The notes under the pieces: generated by a model
The model's input: only the letters and a program-made list of their open reading frames with translations
What the model was told of the DNA's origin: nothing
The model's database searches: none
Made by a program: the position numbers and the translations under genes
Origin: Cyanobacteria bacterium P01_A01_bin.83
Lineage (GTDB): Bacteria; Cyanobacteriota; Cyanobacteriia; Cyanobacteriales; Xenococcaceae
Assembly (NCBI GenBank): GCA_039030815.1
Contig: JBCCDL010000001.1
Span: 1-34,247 of the forward strand
Reading direction: 5' to 3'
DNA length: 34,247 bases
Part shown: piece after piece, positions 12,008 through 21,910 of the stretch
Numbering within the stretch: the stretch's first letter is position 1
How the letters are laid out: each line of letters starts with the position of its first letter

Positions 12008-12895
12008 ATGAATGAAATTATCCAGACTATTGTTGATGTGCTGTTGGAATTACTTGGTCAAACGATTAAAGCGTTTCCAAGTTTGTTTTCTGCTTTAGTG
12101 GTACTGTTTTTGACCAAATATGTTGTCAAAGTAGTTCTCAAAATTGCTCACGAAGCAGGCAAGCGAACGATTAAAAGTAAATCCCTACAATTATTATTAG
12201 ACAAAGTATGTCGTATTGGAGTTTGGACTCTAGGTATTTTATTAGCCAGTGTCTTAGCGTTTCCAGGGTTTGAGTTGGGGGATATTATTGCTACTCTTGG
12301 TGTGGGATCTGTGGCTGTCGGCTTTGCCTTCCAGGATATTTTTAAAAACTTTTTAGCGGGAATTATTCTACTAATAGAAGAACCATTTCGGATTGGCGAT
12401 GAGGTTGTAATTGGTGCTTATCAAGGTAAAGTTGAGAACATCAGTATTCGGACTACAAAAATTCGTACCTACCAAGGAGAAAGAGTACTGTTGCCCAACT
12501 CTAATGTTTTTACTGATGCGGTCAAAGTAGTCACAGCTTATAACTATCGTCGAACGGATTTGGCTGTTGGTGTTGACTATAACACTTCCTTATCACAGGC
12601 GAGTAAACTTTTAGCACAAACTATCATTAATGTTTCTGGAGTAATGAGGGAACCTAAACCTGAAATTGATGTGATTAACTTTGGTGATAGCTCAATCGAC
12701 TTTGTCGTGCGCTATTGGAGCAATTCACCACAGAAACAACTGCGCAAGGTGCAAACCAAAGCTATGATTGCCATTAAGCAAGCTCTGGATCAGGCTGACA
12801 TTAGTATCCCCTATCCCATCCGTACTCTATACTATTACGATCAGGAAAAATACAATGATCATTTTGCCATTAAACAGGAAGAACAAAGTAATTAA
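12008..12895 (+). CDS. mscS: Small-conductance mechanosensitive channel family protein
   Basis: N-terminal TMs, GFAFQDIFKNFLAGIILL..PFRIGDEV, G.VENISIRTTKIRT..GE.V.LPNS, GVDY, FGDSSIDF, I.IPYP. Confidence 0.9.
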   Translation: MNEIIQTIVDVLLELLGQTIKAFPSLFSALVVLFLTKYVVKVVLKIAHEAGKRTIKSKSLQLLLDKVCRIGVWTLGILLASVLAFPGFELGDIIATLGVGSVAVGFAFQDIFKNFLAGIILLIEEPFRIGDEVVIGAYQGKVENISIRTTKIRTYQGERVLLPNSNVFTDAVKVVTAYNYRRTDLAVGVDYNTSLSQASKLLAQTIINVSGVMREPKPEIDVINFGDSSIDFVVRYWSNSPQKQLRKVQTKAMIAIKQALDQADISIPYPIRTLYYYDQEKYNDHFAIKQEEQSN

Positions 12896-12967
12896 CTTTT
12901 AAGGCGTTGGTAATTTAATGTCTGAAAAGAATCATACCTCGATTTACTAACGCCACTTTTAAAACTT

Positions 12968-14428
12968 TTAACTTTTTCTGGTTGGCGAAACTGACACATC
13001 GACTAGATTAATATCTTGTTCGAGGCTAGTGAGGGGTGGCTCTATGGCTTGAACATTGCCTACAACTACCGTTACTAGCTGCTCTGGCTGGAGATACTCT
13101 TGAGCAACCGACAAAATATCTTCTTGGGTGGTATTGGCAACTTCCTGTTGATATTTAAAGATAAAGTTCTCGGGATAGTTAAAATACTCGTAACGGATCA
13201 GCCGAGATAAAGTTTGACTAGGGTTTTGAAAGTTAAAGACAAAAGAATTGAGAATAGACTCTTTAGCATTTGCCAGTTCCTGTTCACTGATCAGGCTGGT
13301 TCGTAGTTTCTTGATTTCTTGAACAACCGATTTGATGAAAGGAACTGTATTACTGCTTTGAGTTTGTCCCCCAGCAATAAACATGCCATCGAAATCGTAA
13401 CTAGGACTCCATGAACCATAGACAGTATAAGCTAAACCTTGTCGCGATCGCACTTCGTTAAATAAACGACCCCCAAATCCGTTGAGGACACCGTTGAGAA
13501 CGCTGAGAGTAGGATAGTCAGGATTATCAAATTGTCCCCCAATATGACCTAGCACAATATTGCTTTGGGTTTGCTGAGGGCGGTCGATAACGAAGATCCC
13601 TTGGTCATATTTTTGGCTGGTTGTCGGTGGAGTTAAGGTTGGGATAGAGGTGTCAACCTGCCAATCGCCAAAAGCAGCTTGAACTCGTTCAATCATTTGC
13701 TCTGACTCAAAATCACCCACTATACCTAAAATAATGTTTGCAGGACGAACATAGGTTTGATAAAAATTGGTCACGTCAGTCAGGGAAATGTTGTCTAAGG
13801 TATTATATTCAACAGTGCGGGCATAGGGACTAGTCTCACCATAAAGAACCTTATTAAACTCACGTTCAGCAATTGCTTTGGGGTCATCGTTACGACGGGC
13901 AATTGCCCCCTGCTGTTGTTTTTTGGCGATCGCAAATTTATCAGCAGCAAAGGCTGGCTGCCGCAGAACTTCTGTGAAAAGTGGAAATACTGTCTCTAAA
14001 TCTTCGGTTAGAGTGTTAAAGCTGGCACTACCAGAAGTTGTACTAATATTAGTTTCAACGCTAGCGGCTTTCTGCTCCAAGATAGTGTTTAATTCGGCTG
14101 GAGGATGATTTACGGTGCCACCAGTCCGCATCACTGTCCCCGTTAACCGTGCTAACCCAACTTTATTAGCCGCTTCCAAACGGGAACCAGTGCGAATAAT
14201 TGCCGTGCCGCTAATCAAAGGTAAATCTCGGTCTTCTAAGAGATAAACCACCATGCCGTTATCCAATTCATAGCGCTCATAGTCAGGCAACTGAATCTCT
14301 GGTAAAGGCTCAAAATCCAATTCGGTATAGTGCTTGGGGGTATCGGCGATCGCAGTTAAACGTGGGGTAAAGGATAATAAAACCGCCAGTAATACCAGAC
14401 CAAACCAAGAAAATAGTTTTTTACTCAT
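12968..14428 (-). CDS. M16 (pitrilysin/insulinase) family protein, probably a non-catalytic subunit, with signal peptide
   Basis: YELDNGMVVYLLED..LP, IRTGSRLE...GLARLTG.VMR.GGT (HxxEH absent), GGRLFNEVRSRQGLAY; hydrophobic N-terminus. Confidence 0.88.
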   Translation of the reverse strand: MSKKLFSWFGLVLLAVLLSFTPRLTAIADTPKHYTELDFEPLPEIQLPDYERYELDNGMVVYLLEDRDLPLISGTAIIRTGSRLEAANKVGLARLTGTVMRTGGTVNHPPAELNTILEQKAASVETNISTTSGSASFNTLTEDLETVFPLFTEVLRQPAFAADKFAIAKKQQQGAIARRNDDPKAIAEREFNKVLYGETSPYARTVEYNTLDNISLTDVTNFYQTYVRPANIILGIVGDFESEQMIERVQAAFGDWQVDTSIPTLTPPTTSQKYDQGIFVIDRPQQTQSNIVLGHIGGQFDNPDYPTLSVLNGVLNGFGGRLFNEVRSRQGLAYTVYGSWSPSYDFDGMFIAGGQTQSSNTVPFIKSVVQEIKKLRTSLISEQELANAKESILNSFVFNFQNPSQTLSRLIRYEYFNYPENFIFKYQQEVANTTQEDILSVAQEYLQPEQLVTVVVGNVQAIEPPLTSLEQDINLVDVSVSPTRKS

Positions 14429-14530
14429 TCTATATCTACGACAAAAGAAGCTTTACTATTGTATCGATCAATTCCAGGTTGATTGAGTTCGAATTTGATG
14501 CCCAAAAGCGATCGCCATTAGGAGCAGAAC

Positions 14531-15337
14531 TTAAAGCAAGAATTGTAGTAACAATGAACCAACGCTACCCATAAACTTACCGACTTGTCCCATTCCACCC
14601 GCTTTTTTAGCGGCATCAATTTCCGCTTCCTGAATTAAAGTCATTTGCTCCTGAAAATTCATGGCTGTTTGATGTCCTAATTCATGTTCTTGCTGTTTGA
14701 ACAATTCTGCTGCTTTTTCGGTATTTGCCTTAGCTTTGGCGCGATGATCGAAATTGTATTGGATGATCGCCAAACCTAAATAGGCAGGAGCAAGCTCAGG
14801 GTCTAATTTAATTGCTTTTTTATAATGAGCGAGGGCTTGATTGTAATTTCCTAGTTGAGCCTCTTTTACTCCCCAGCGATGAAACTGTTCTGCCGAGGCT
14901 GCTGTCTCTGCCAGACCTCTAATACCTTCTAAATAGGCAGAATCTAAATCTACCGAACTTAAGTTAGCATCCCCCACATAGGCATTTCTCAAGTCAGTTC
15001 CCGCTAAATTTGCCCCTGTTAAGTTGGCTCCTGTTAAGTTGGCTCCATGGAGAGATGTTCCTACTAAATTTGCTCCCGTAAAATCTGCTCCCTGTAGATT
15101 TGCCTGACTTAAATTTGCTCCCGCTAAATTTGCCTCGACAAAACTGGCACCTGTCAGCTCTGCCTGTACTAAGCCCGCATTACTAAGATCGCATTGAGGA
15201 CATTGTTTAGTCCTCAAAAGCTGATTCAAATCATTTAAGTTTTCAGCTAAGACAGGTATATTAACCGTAGTGGCAATAGTAATTAAAGTAGTTAATTTAG
15301 TTAATTTAGTTAATTTAGCAATTTGTTGCGATTTCAT
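14531..15337 (-). CDS. Pentapeptide-repeat protein with C-terminal TPR
   Basis: CPQCDLSNAGL cap, A(N/D)LxG repeats, then GNYNQALAHYKKAIKLDPELAPAY TPR. Confidence 0.9.
   Translation of the reverse strand: MKSQQIAKLTKLTKLTTLITIATTVNIPVLAENLNDLNQLLRTKQCPQCDLSNAGLVQAELTGASFVEANLAGANLSQANLQGADFTGANLVGTSLHGANLTGANLTGANLAGTDLRNAYVGDANLSSVDLDSAYLEGIRGLAETAASAEQFHRWGVKEAQLGNYNQALAHYKKAIKLDPELAPAYLGLAIIQYNFDHRAKAKANTEKAAELFKQQEHELGHQTAMNFQEQMTLIQEAEIDAAKKAGGMGQVGKFMGSVGSLLLQFLL
15289..15318. repeat. In-frame 9-bp tandem repeat (TAGTTAATT x3.3)
   Basis: Encodes KLT-KLT-KLT in the N-terminal leader of the pentapeptide protein. Confidence 0.85.
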
Positions 15338-15544
15338 AAGCTTTAAAAATAGAGCATTAAGATGCCGCCATTTTAGCCTTCATAATCTAAATACGCTTGA
15401 TACAAAATAGCTTCACAATTTATAGCCATTTCAATTAAGAATGATATTAATCAAACTAGTAGACGTGGGCGTAAATCGAGTAACCATTTATTTCAGTTAA
15501 AATCCTGACTGTATATAGCTTCCTACTTCTGAGGGCGTAATTTT

Positions 15545-15566
15545 GACAAAGGGCTTGCCCGCATGT
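15545..15566 (+). repeat. 22-nt small dispersed repeat GACAAAGGGCTTGCCCGCATGT (second copy inverted at 33633-33654)
   Basis: Exact reverse-complement match 18 kb away; contains a GGGC-TT-GCCC palindrome. Confidence 0.85.
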
Positions 15567-15601
15567 GTTCCTCTTAGGATTAATTCAGCGAGCAAAATCC
15601 A

Positions 15602-16774
15602 CTAAGACAAATACTCAGAAACCTTTTGCAGTAATTCATCTGCATCGACGGTTTTACGCATAAAATTAGAGGAACCGACCATTTTGGCACGAATACGGTC
15701 AATAATTCCTGAGTTACTAGTTAAAAAGATGATTGGTGTTTCGGCAAATTCAGGATATCTTCGTAGCTGAGCACACAAATCATATCCACTTACCGTAGGC
15801 ATCACAATATCTAGAAAAATTAAGTCAGGTTGGCTACTAAGAAGTATGCCTACGGCATCTAAAGGATTGTTAATCGCCATAAATCGATAACCTGCCATGG
15901 TGATAATTTGCTCCATCATCTGAGAAATCATCGGGCTGTCATCCACACAAGCAACCAAAGGGGAATCAAGATTCTCATATTTAGCTTTTGCTGGATCAAT
16001 TGGCTCTAGCAAATCAGGAACATCGATTAAGCCAAAAATTCCTGATTGAATATAAGGCAAAAGAGAGCGAACAACATGTAAGGGAGTAGTTCTCAGCTGA
16101 ATGGCTAAATCTCTTAAGGTACGGTTGCCATTGAGCAGTTTGTACAGGCTTTGATAGGCAGAAGTAGAAGTTTTTTGTTGGAGTTGTTTTGGTTGCAGAA
16201 TTATAGGTGCCATGTTGGGTGATCTATCAGCAATCTGGGCTGACTCCCAAGCCAACCAAACACTTTCTATCTGATTGATTAAATCTTCAGGCTTGAGCAG
16301 CTCCAATTTGGGCGATAAAACACGTTCTTGGCTGAGACGGCATATTACCTGCCTTGCCTGAGTCAGATCGAATAGTATTTCACTCACCACAAAGACGATA
16401 ACGTTATTTCCCTGTTGTGGAGTAATGATTTGTTGCTCTACCCAGTGGGATATTTGCTCATATTCCCAGGTATTATTATTTAAATCGGCTTTTCGCTCAG
16501 TTAATTCCTCCTGCAAACTAGCAAGCTGAAACGGTATCTGAGGCAAGTTTAAAATCAGGTTTCTCTGCCAACGACGAATGGGGTGGATTCCTCCAGAAGC
16601 GTAGACAATTTCGCCTAAATATAGATATAAATGCCATTCAATTCCTTTTATAGGGTCGGTAAAGGTTAATTGTCCACTTACCAGAGCCTCTCGTAAAGAG
16701 CTAAATAACTTAATTTGCTTTAGAGTAGTAAACTCTCTAATGATTAGATTGTCAGAAATGGCTCTGGCATTCAT
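15602..16774 (-). CDS. PatA-family response regulator (PATAN + REC)
   Basis: N-terminal W.LYLYLGEIVYASGG.HP.RRW.R PATAN motif; C-terminal REC (VACVDDS, LIFLDIVMP, GY.LC..LR, RAKMVG). Confidence 0.9.
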   Translation of the reverse strand: MNARAISDNLIIREFTTLKQIKLFSSLREALVSGQLTFTDPIKGIEWHLYLYLGEIVYASGGIHPIRRWQRNLILNLPQIPFQLASLQEELTERKADLNNNTWEYEQISHWVEQQIITPQQGNNVIVFVVSEILFDLTQARQVICRLSQERVLSPKLELLKPEDLINQIESVWLAWESAQIADRSPNMAPIILQPKQLQQKTSTSAYQSLYKLLNGNRTLRDLAIQLRTTPLHVVRSLLPYIQSGIFGLIDVPDLLEPIDPAKAKYENLDSPLVACVDDSPMISQMMEQIITMAGYRFMAINNPLDAVGILLSSQPDLIFLDIVMPTVSGYDLCAQLRRYPEFAETPIIFLTSNSGIIDRIRAKMVGSSNFMRKTVDADELLQKVSEYLS

Positions 16775-17190
16775 TTCTTTATGTTCCGCTGTTGGAGAAG
16801 ATTAACAATTTGCCAATTGGCTTGGGGAAACTTGTATTGCTTAATGTGAGCTGGTTCTACCCAAAGAATTTCTTCACATTCTAAAGGCTGGGCAATACCA
16901 CCTAAATACGCACAATCATGAACATATAGGGTTACTCTAAAAGTTTTATAGTCATGAGTAATAGTTGTCAAGCGATCGCCAACTGTGATGTCGAGAGCTA
17001 ATTCTTCTTTAATTTCACGTTTAATACATTCTTCGACGGTTTCTCCCGCCTCAATTTTTCCTCCTGGAAATTCCCAAAGACCACCCATTTCACCTTGTTC
17101 TTTCCTACGGTCAATTAGGATTTTTCCTTGATTGGTAATTACAGCTACTCCAATTTGCTTATGTACTAAAGGCGATAATGTTGATGACAT
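16771..17190 (-). CDS. mutT: 8-oxo-dGTP diphosphatase, Nudix family
   Basis: GGLWEFPGGKIEAGETVEECIKREIKEEL Nudix box; C-terminal FP.AN. Confidence 0.9.
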   Translation of the reverse strand: MSSTLSPLVHKQIGVAVITNQGKILIDRRKEQGEMGGLWEFPGGKIEAGETVEECIKREIKEELALDITVGDRLTTITHDYKTFRVTLYVHDCAYLGGIAQPLECEEILWVEPAHIKQYKFPQANWQIVNLLQQRNIKK

Positions 17191-17415
17191 AAAGAGTATA
17201 GAAATCGACTAATCAATTAAGATTAGTTTAGAACTGTAATCACTACAAAGCAACCCTCAACATAATTTTGATAAAGGTTGCAATTGTAAGTTTGATTCAT
17301 CTTAATCTTTCATTAAACATTTTAGTCTTAAGCCTTTACCTTAAAGGAGCAAAAGATTTATCAGAGATCTCAAGCCTCTTCTCAAATCAATGTTAAATGA
17401 TAAATAAATCGACTC

Positions 17416-17742
17416 TTAGCGATCTCCAGCTGTATCTAACCAAGATGCTTCAAATCCCATTCTCTGTTCCGCATTACGCAAGAAATAGCCACTCATCATT
17501 GCTGATGCTAACAATCGCCCTAAATCTTCTCTATTAGTGCTGATTTGGACATCAAAGCTTTCTGAGGGCATATTACCTAGTAATCCCGTGATATTGTGTT
17601 CAATAATCTGAAAAATCTCTTGAGATTCAGGCTGGGAAAGTTGAGCAATAGTCTCTGGACTTAGGGATTTAACATAACGCCATAGGGAATTCTTTTCTTC
17701 GCCGAACCTAAAAGTATTCTGAGGACTGTTTTCACTCTGCAC
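17416..17742 (-). CDS. DUF760 domain protein
   Basis: N.LW.YVKSLSPETIAQLS.P.S....IE.NI.GLLG.MP...F.V.I.T.RE.L.RLLASAMM.GYFL..AE.R; GTG start with GGAGG upstream. Confidence 0.85.
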   Translation of the reverse strand: MQSENSPQNTFRFGEEKNSLWRYVKSLSPETIAQLSQPESQEIFQIIEHNITGLLGNMPSESFDVQISTNREDLGRLLASAMMSGYFLRNAEQRMGFEASWLDTAGDR

Positions 17743-17954
17743 TTTGTATACCCTCCTGATTGGGCTTTAATGTGACTAAGGGATTGACTCTTGTCAATAA
17801 ATTTGTTCAATATACTTTAAACTTAACTTAATTTAATCATCACTTAGTCGATCTGCCGTTACGTAGAACCGAACTATTAGCGGAGAAATTTCCGATCTAG
17901 TTCGTAATTGAGTGACCAGATAGATATGATCGCGATTGAACTAGCATTTCTATC

Positions 17955-18012
17955 TTGACGAAGTCAACGCAAGCCCCGTCCTTCTAGGGCGGGGTACTGT
18001 TGACTCAGTCAA
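17955..18012. mobile_element. Miniature hairpin element resembling an IS200/IS605-family end; may double as the sigD terminator
   Basis: TTGAC-GAA-GTCAACGCA-A-GCCCCGTCCT-TCT-AGGGCGGGGT-AC-TGTTGAC-TCA-GTCAA; first 17 nt identical to 22631-22647; ends 7 nt from the sigD stop. Confidence 0.6.
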
Positions 18013-18018
18013 AACCCT

Positions 18019-18975
18019 TTAGCTGGCTAAGTATTCTCTAATAGCCACTTTGCGCTTACGTAATTTGGACAGTGCTTCACGCTCAATCTGTCTGACACGC
18101 TCGCGGCTAATGCTCAAGCATTCGCCGATTTTAGCTAACGTCATCGGCTTGCCATCAGCTAAACCAAATCTGAGGCAGATTACTTCTCTCTGTTGCGGGG
18201 TGAGATCCGCCATTAATTTTTCTAAGTCTCTTTTTAATGAGGAAGATGTTGCATAATCTTCAGGAGACTGACCCGAATCTTCTAACATGTCTCCTAGTTC
18301 GGTGTCGTTGTTGTCACCAACTCGAACATCGAGAGAGATGGGCTGACGGGATTTTTCGAGGTAGTCTCGCACCTGCTTGGGAGTAAGCTCTAATTCATCA
18401 GCTAACTCCGATATGGTTGCAGTTCTGCCTTTCTGTTGTGCCAACTGTCGCTGTGCCTTTTTAATTTTGTTTAGCTTCTCTGTGATGTGAATTGGCAACC
18501 GAATCGTCCGCCCTTTTTCAGCAATCGCTCTAGTGATTGCCTGACGTATCCACCAGTATGCGTAGGTACTGAATCGATATCCTTTGGTGGGATCAAATTT
18601 TTCCACACCCCTCTGCATGCCGATAGTTCCCTCCTGAATTAGATCCAGCAGATCCAGATTTCGCTTGAGATACTTTTTGGCTACTGATACTACCAGTCTG
18701 AGATTTGCCTCCACCATTTTTCGCTTGGCAGAGTCCCCCGCCTCGATTGCGGACATTAGTTCTCCTGGAGTTATCTTGGCAGCCTTAGCCCATTCCTCTG
18801 CTGTTGGCTCTACGCCTAGTGTCTCAACTAAAGATTCTTTTATCTTAGTTAAAGCGATCGCCCGCTGCACTCTTTTAGAATAGAGAATTTCTTCCTCGTG
18901 AGTTAACAGAGGAACACGACCTATTTCTTTGAGATAGCTTCTAACTAAATCGTTAGATTTTTGTGCTGTTTTCAT
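18019..18975 (-). CDS. sigD: Group 2 RNA polymerase sigma factor, SigD-like
   Basis: No region 1.1; [84 protein letters not shown]; C-terminus EYLAS as recalled for cyanobacterial SigD. Confidence 0.85.
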   Translation of the reverse strand: MKTAQKSNDLVRSYLKEIGRVPLLTHEEEILYSKRVQRAIALTKIKESLVETLGVEPTAEEWAKAAKITPGELMSAIEAGDSAKRKMVEANLRLVVSVAKKYLKRNLDLLDLIQEGTIGMQRGVEKFDPTKGYRFSTYAYWWIRQAITRAIAEKGRTIRLPIHITEKLNKIKKAQRQLAQQKGRTATISELADELELTPKQVRDYLEKSRQPISLDVRVGDNNDTELGDMLEDSGQSPEDYATSSSLKRDLEKLMADLTPQQREVICLRFGLADGKPMTLAKIGECLSISRERVRQIEREALSKLRKRKVAIREYLAS

Positions 18976-19213
18976 TACGCGATTTGCTTACTGATGTTGA
19001 GTTGATTGTGCCAAAGAGAATTCTTTAATTGAACGGGGTGGCTAAATTTATGAGAGCATATACTAAGTTTTACTAAGGAAGATGTAGTTACTTTGAGCAT
19101 AAGTGAGCTTTATTAACTCTTAGGTTGTCTCCTGATTGTGCTTTACACTAAACTCAGAGCTTGCATTCAAATATTTAATCCACTTAAACCCATAATTTTT
19201 ACGATACATGATT

Positions 19214-19241
19214 TTTATTAACTTGTGTAAACTTTATGAAA
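19214..19241 (-). promoter_or_regulatory. Possible RpaB/HLR1-like direct repeats upstream of sigD
   Basis: Minus strand TTTCATAA-AG-TTTACACA-AG-TTAATAAA, 10-bp period, a degenerate match to (G/T)TTACA(T/A)(T/A)-N2; AT-rich context makes chance matches likely. Confidence 0.3.
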
Positions 19242-19800
19242 ATTTTCTCAAAATTAAGGAAACGAGTTTGATCAAGCTGAGCTAGTTTACAAAATCATAC
19301 AGATAAGGTTTGGTTTAAAATGCAACACTGACAACAAAAATAGGAAGACAATAGGTTTTGCTGCTAATAATGTTGGTTTAATATTCAAAATTCGCTATGC
19401 TTGGTATTCACACTTATAGTAGCTAAAGAACTTTAAATACAAAATCAGTAGGATTAATATCAGTTAAAACTTAAAAGGAATTTATTCATTTACTGTTAAG
19501 TCGGTAAGGAAATATAGCTTGAGTTTCTAGATATTGTTGGTACCATCCTATTTAATATTATCTTCTCAAGTAGATCTCATAGAACAAATTTAAGGCTTGT
19601 ACTCGAATGAGGGTAAACTAAGGCTAGTTTGTTGATTAAGCTAATTCAGCTTGAATTTTGTTGGCTATATTGCAACTGCTCATTATTTTCTTAATACTAT
19701 TTATTAAATGATGTTACTACGGGAATAGGCTTAAGAAAACTGTAAAAATAATTAAGCGTAATCAACTTGTAGTCTGTTAACCGATAAAACTGGCAATTTT

Positions 19801-21735
19801 ATGAAAACATCTTTGATTAGCTCCTTCGGTTCCTGGAAATCTCCTATAACTTCAGACTTAATTGTTAACCAAACAATTGGGATCGGAAGTATCATCGTTA
19901 ATCAAGACAATGTTTATTGGTTAGAGAAACGTCCCCAAGAACAGGGGCGAAATGTAGTAGTTGTATCCTCGAACAACCAACTTCCTAAAGATATTACGCC
20001 TCTTCCCTACAGCGTCAGGAGTAAAGTACACGAATATGGTGGTGGAGCATATATTATAGACCGAGATACGGCTTATTTCTCTAACTATCAAGATAACAGG
20101 ATCTATCGACAATTAATTAATCAGCAACCACACCCTCTAACTGAGGAGTTACCTCAACGTTATGCAGATCTGATTGTTGATCGCAACAGAAATCGGCTGA
20201 TTGGTATCTGTGAAGCTCATCAAACTGACGGAGAACCCCAGAACAGCATTGTAACTATCGATCTAAGCACTGGTAAAGTAGAAAACTTAATCGCAGGGGA
20301 GGATTTTTATGCTTCACCTCGTTTGAGCCCTGATGGACAGTTTTTGACCTGGCTCAGTTGGAATCATCCCAATATGCCTTGGGATAGTACCTATTTGTGG
20401 TTGGCAAGGCTGGATCAAGCTGGCATGATCCTAGAGCCTGAACTAGTAGCAGGGGGAGAAGCCGAATCTGTTTGTGAACCAAAGTGGGATCATCAGGGAA
20501 CCCTCTATTTTTCTAGCGATCGCAATAACTGGTGGAATATATATCGACGTAGGGTTAGCGGCGAAGTGGAAGTTTTATGGGATGCCGCAGCGGAGTTTGC
20601 TTATCCCCATTGGGTATTTGGTCTATCTACCTATGCTCTGGTAGATGATGAGAATCTGATCTGTGCTTATTCGTCCCAGGGATGTTGGCATCTGGGCATG
20701 ATTGAGCTAAAGACCAAGCAATTTAAAGAAATTAAGACTAGATATACCAATATTTCCGATCTGCAATGGAGTGATGCAGGTTTTGCCGTGTTTGTTGGCG
20801 GTTCTCCCACTGAATCTACTGCCGTAATTAAGCTCGATTTGACTACAGAGAGAGAGGAAATACTCAAGCGTACGGGAGAACTTGATCTCGACCCAGGTTA
20901 TCTGTCTCAGCCAGAGGCAATTACTTTTCCGACGCAGAATAATTTAACCGCTTATGCTTGGTATTATCCACCTCAGAACCAAGACTATCAAGCACCCGTT
21001 GAGGAGTTGCCTCCGCTGATAGTTAAGAGTCATGGGGGTCCTACTGCTGCCGCTAGCGTCAACCTAAATTTAAGAATCCAGTATTGGACTAGTCGTGGCT
21101 TTGGCTATTTAGATGTCAATTACGGTGGCAGCATTGGTTATGGCAGAGAGTATCGCCAAAGATTGGAGGGTCAGTGGGGAATTGTAGACGTTGATGACTG
21201 TGTCAATGCGGCTCAATATTTAGTCAATCAGAATCGAGTAGATGGCGATCGCCTGGTGATTACGGGAAGTAGCGCTGGTGGTTACACAACCCTGGCAGCA
21301 TTGACTTTTCGCGACACTTTTAAGGCGGGGGCTAGTTATTATGGGGTTAGTGATTTAGAAATTTTGGCTAAAGACACTCATAAATTTGAATCCCGCTATT
21401 TAGATCGCCTGGTGGGTAAGTATCCTGAGGAGCAGGCTATTTATCAAGAGCGATCGCCGATTTATTATACTGAACAATTAGACTGTCCTGTAATTTTCTT
21501 TCAGGGTTTACAGGATAAAGTAGTGCCACCAAATCAGGCGGAGATGATGTTTCAAGCTATTAAAGACAAGGGCATTCCCGTCGCTTATATCTCCTTTGAG
21601 CAGGAAGCTCATGGTTTTAGACTAGCAGAAAATATTAAGAAGGCTCTGGATAGTGAATTTTATTTTTATGCTCGGATCTTTGGCTTTGAGCCAGCAGATC
21701 AAATCGCTCCTATAGAAATTATTAATCTTAATTGA
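19801..21735 (+). CDS. S9 family (acylaminoacyl/dipeptidyl) peptidase
   Basis: FGSWKSPIT N-terminus, VHEYGGG, HGGPT, NYGGS.GYGR.Y, catalytic GSSAGG, QG.QD.VV, E.HGFR. Confidence 0.93.
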   Translation: MKTSLISSFGSWKSPITSDLIVNQTIGIGSIIVNQDNVYWLEKRPQEQGRNVVVVSSNNQLPKDITPLPYSVRSKVHEYGGGAYIIDRDTAYFSNYQDNRIYRQLINQQPHPLTEELPQRYADLIVDRNRNRLIGICEAHQTDGEPQNSIVTIDLSTGKVENLIAGEDFYASPRLSPDGQFLTWLSWNHPNMPWDSTYLWLARLDQAGMILEPELVAGGEAESVCEPKWDHQGTLYFSSDRNNWWNIYRRRVSGEVEVLWDAAAEFAYPHWVFGLSTYALVDDENLICAYSSQGCWHLGMIELKTKQFKEIKTRYTNISDLQWSDAGFAVFVGGSPTESTAVIKLDLTTEREEILKRTGELDLDPGYLSQPEAITFPTQNNLTAYAWYYPPQNQDYQAPVEELPPLIVKSHGGPTAAASVNLNLRIQYWTSRGFGYLDVNYGGSIGYGREYRQRLEGQWGIVDVDDCVNAAQYLVNQNRVDGDRLVITGSSAGGYTTLAALTFRDTFKAGASYYGVSDLEILAKDTHKFESRYLDRLVGKYPEEQAIYQERSPIYYTEQLDCPVIFFQGLQDKVVPPNQAEMMFQAIKDKGIPVAYISFEQEAHGFRLAENIKKALDSEFYFYARIFGFEPADQIAPIEIINLN

Positions 21736-21801
21736 TTTATCTTTAAAGCCATTAGCTATTAGCTATTAATAGTTAATCAACCGACTTAAAATTGAAATAA
21801 A

Positions 21802-21910
21802 TAAGTAAGTAGGCGAAATAATTTGTAAGACTCGAATGTAAAATTTTACTATCCCCAGTCACCTAGTACCAAAATAAACTATCTTATATTCAATTACCCC
21901 CACTTACTTA
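21802..21910. mobile_element. MITE-like element with TAAGTA(A/G)GT-type terminal inverted repeats
   Basis: Left TAAGTAAGTAGGCGAAATAATTT; right end (reverse complement) TAAGTAAGTGGGGGTAATTGAAT; 109 bp, no ORF; related ends at 24871-25096. Confidence 0.65.
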
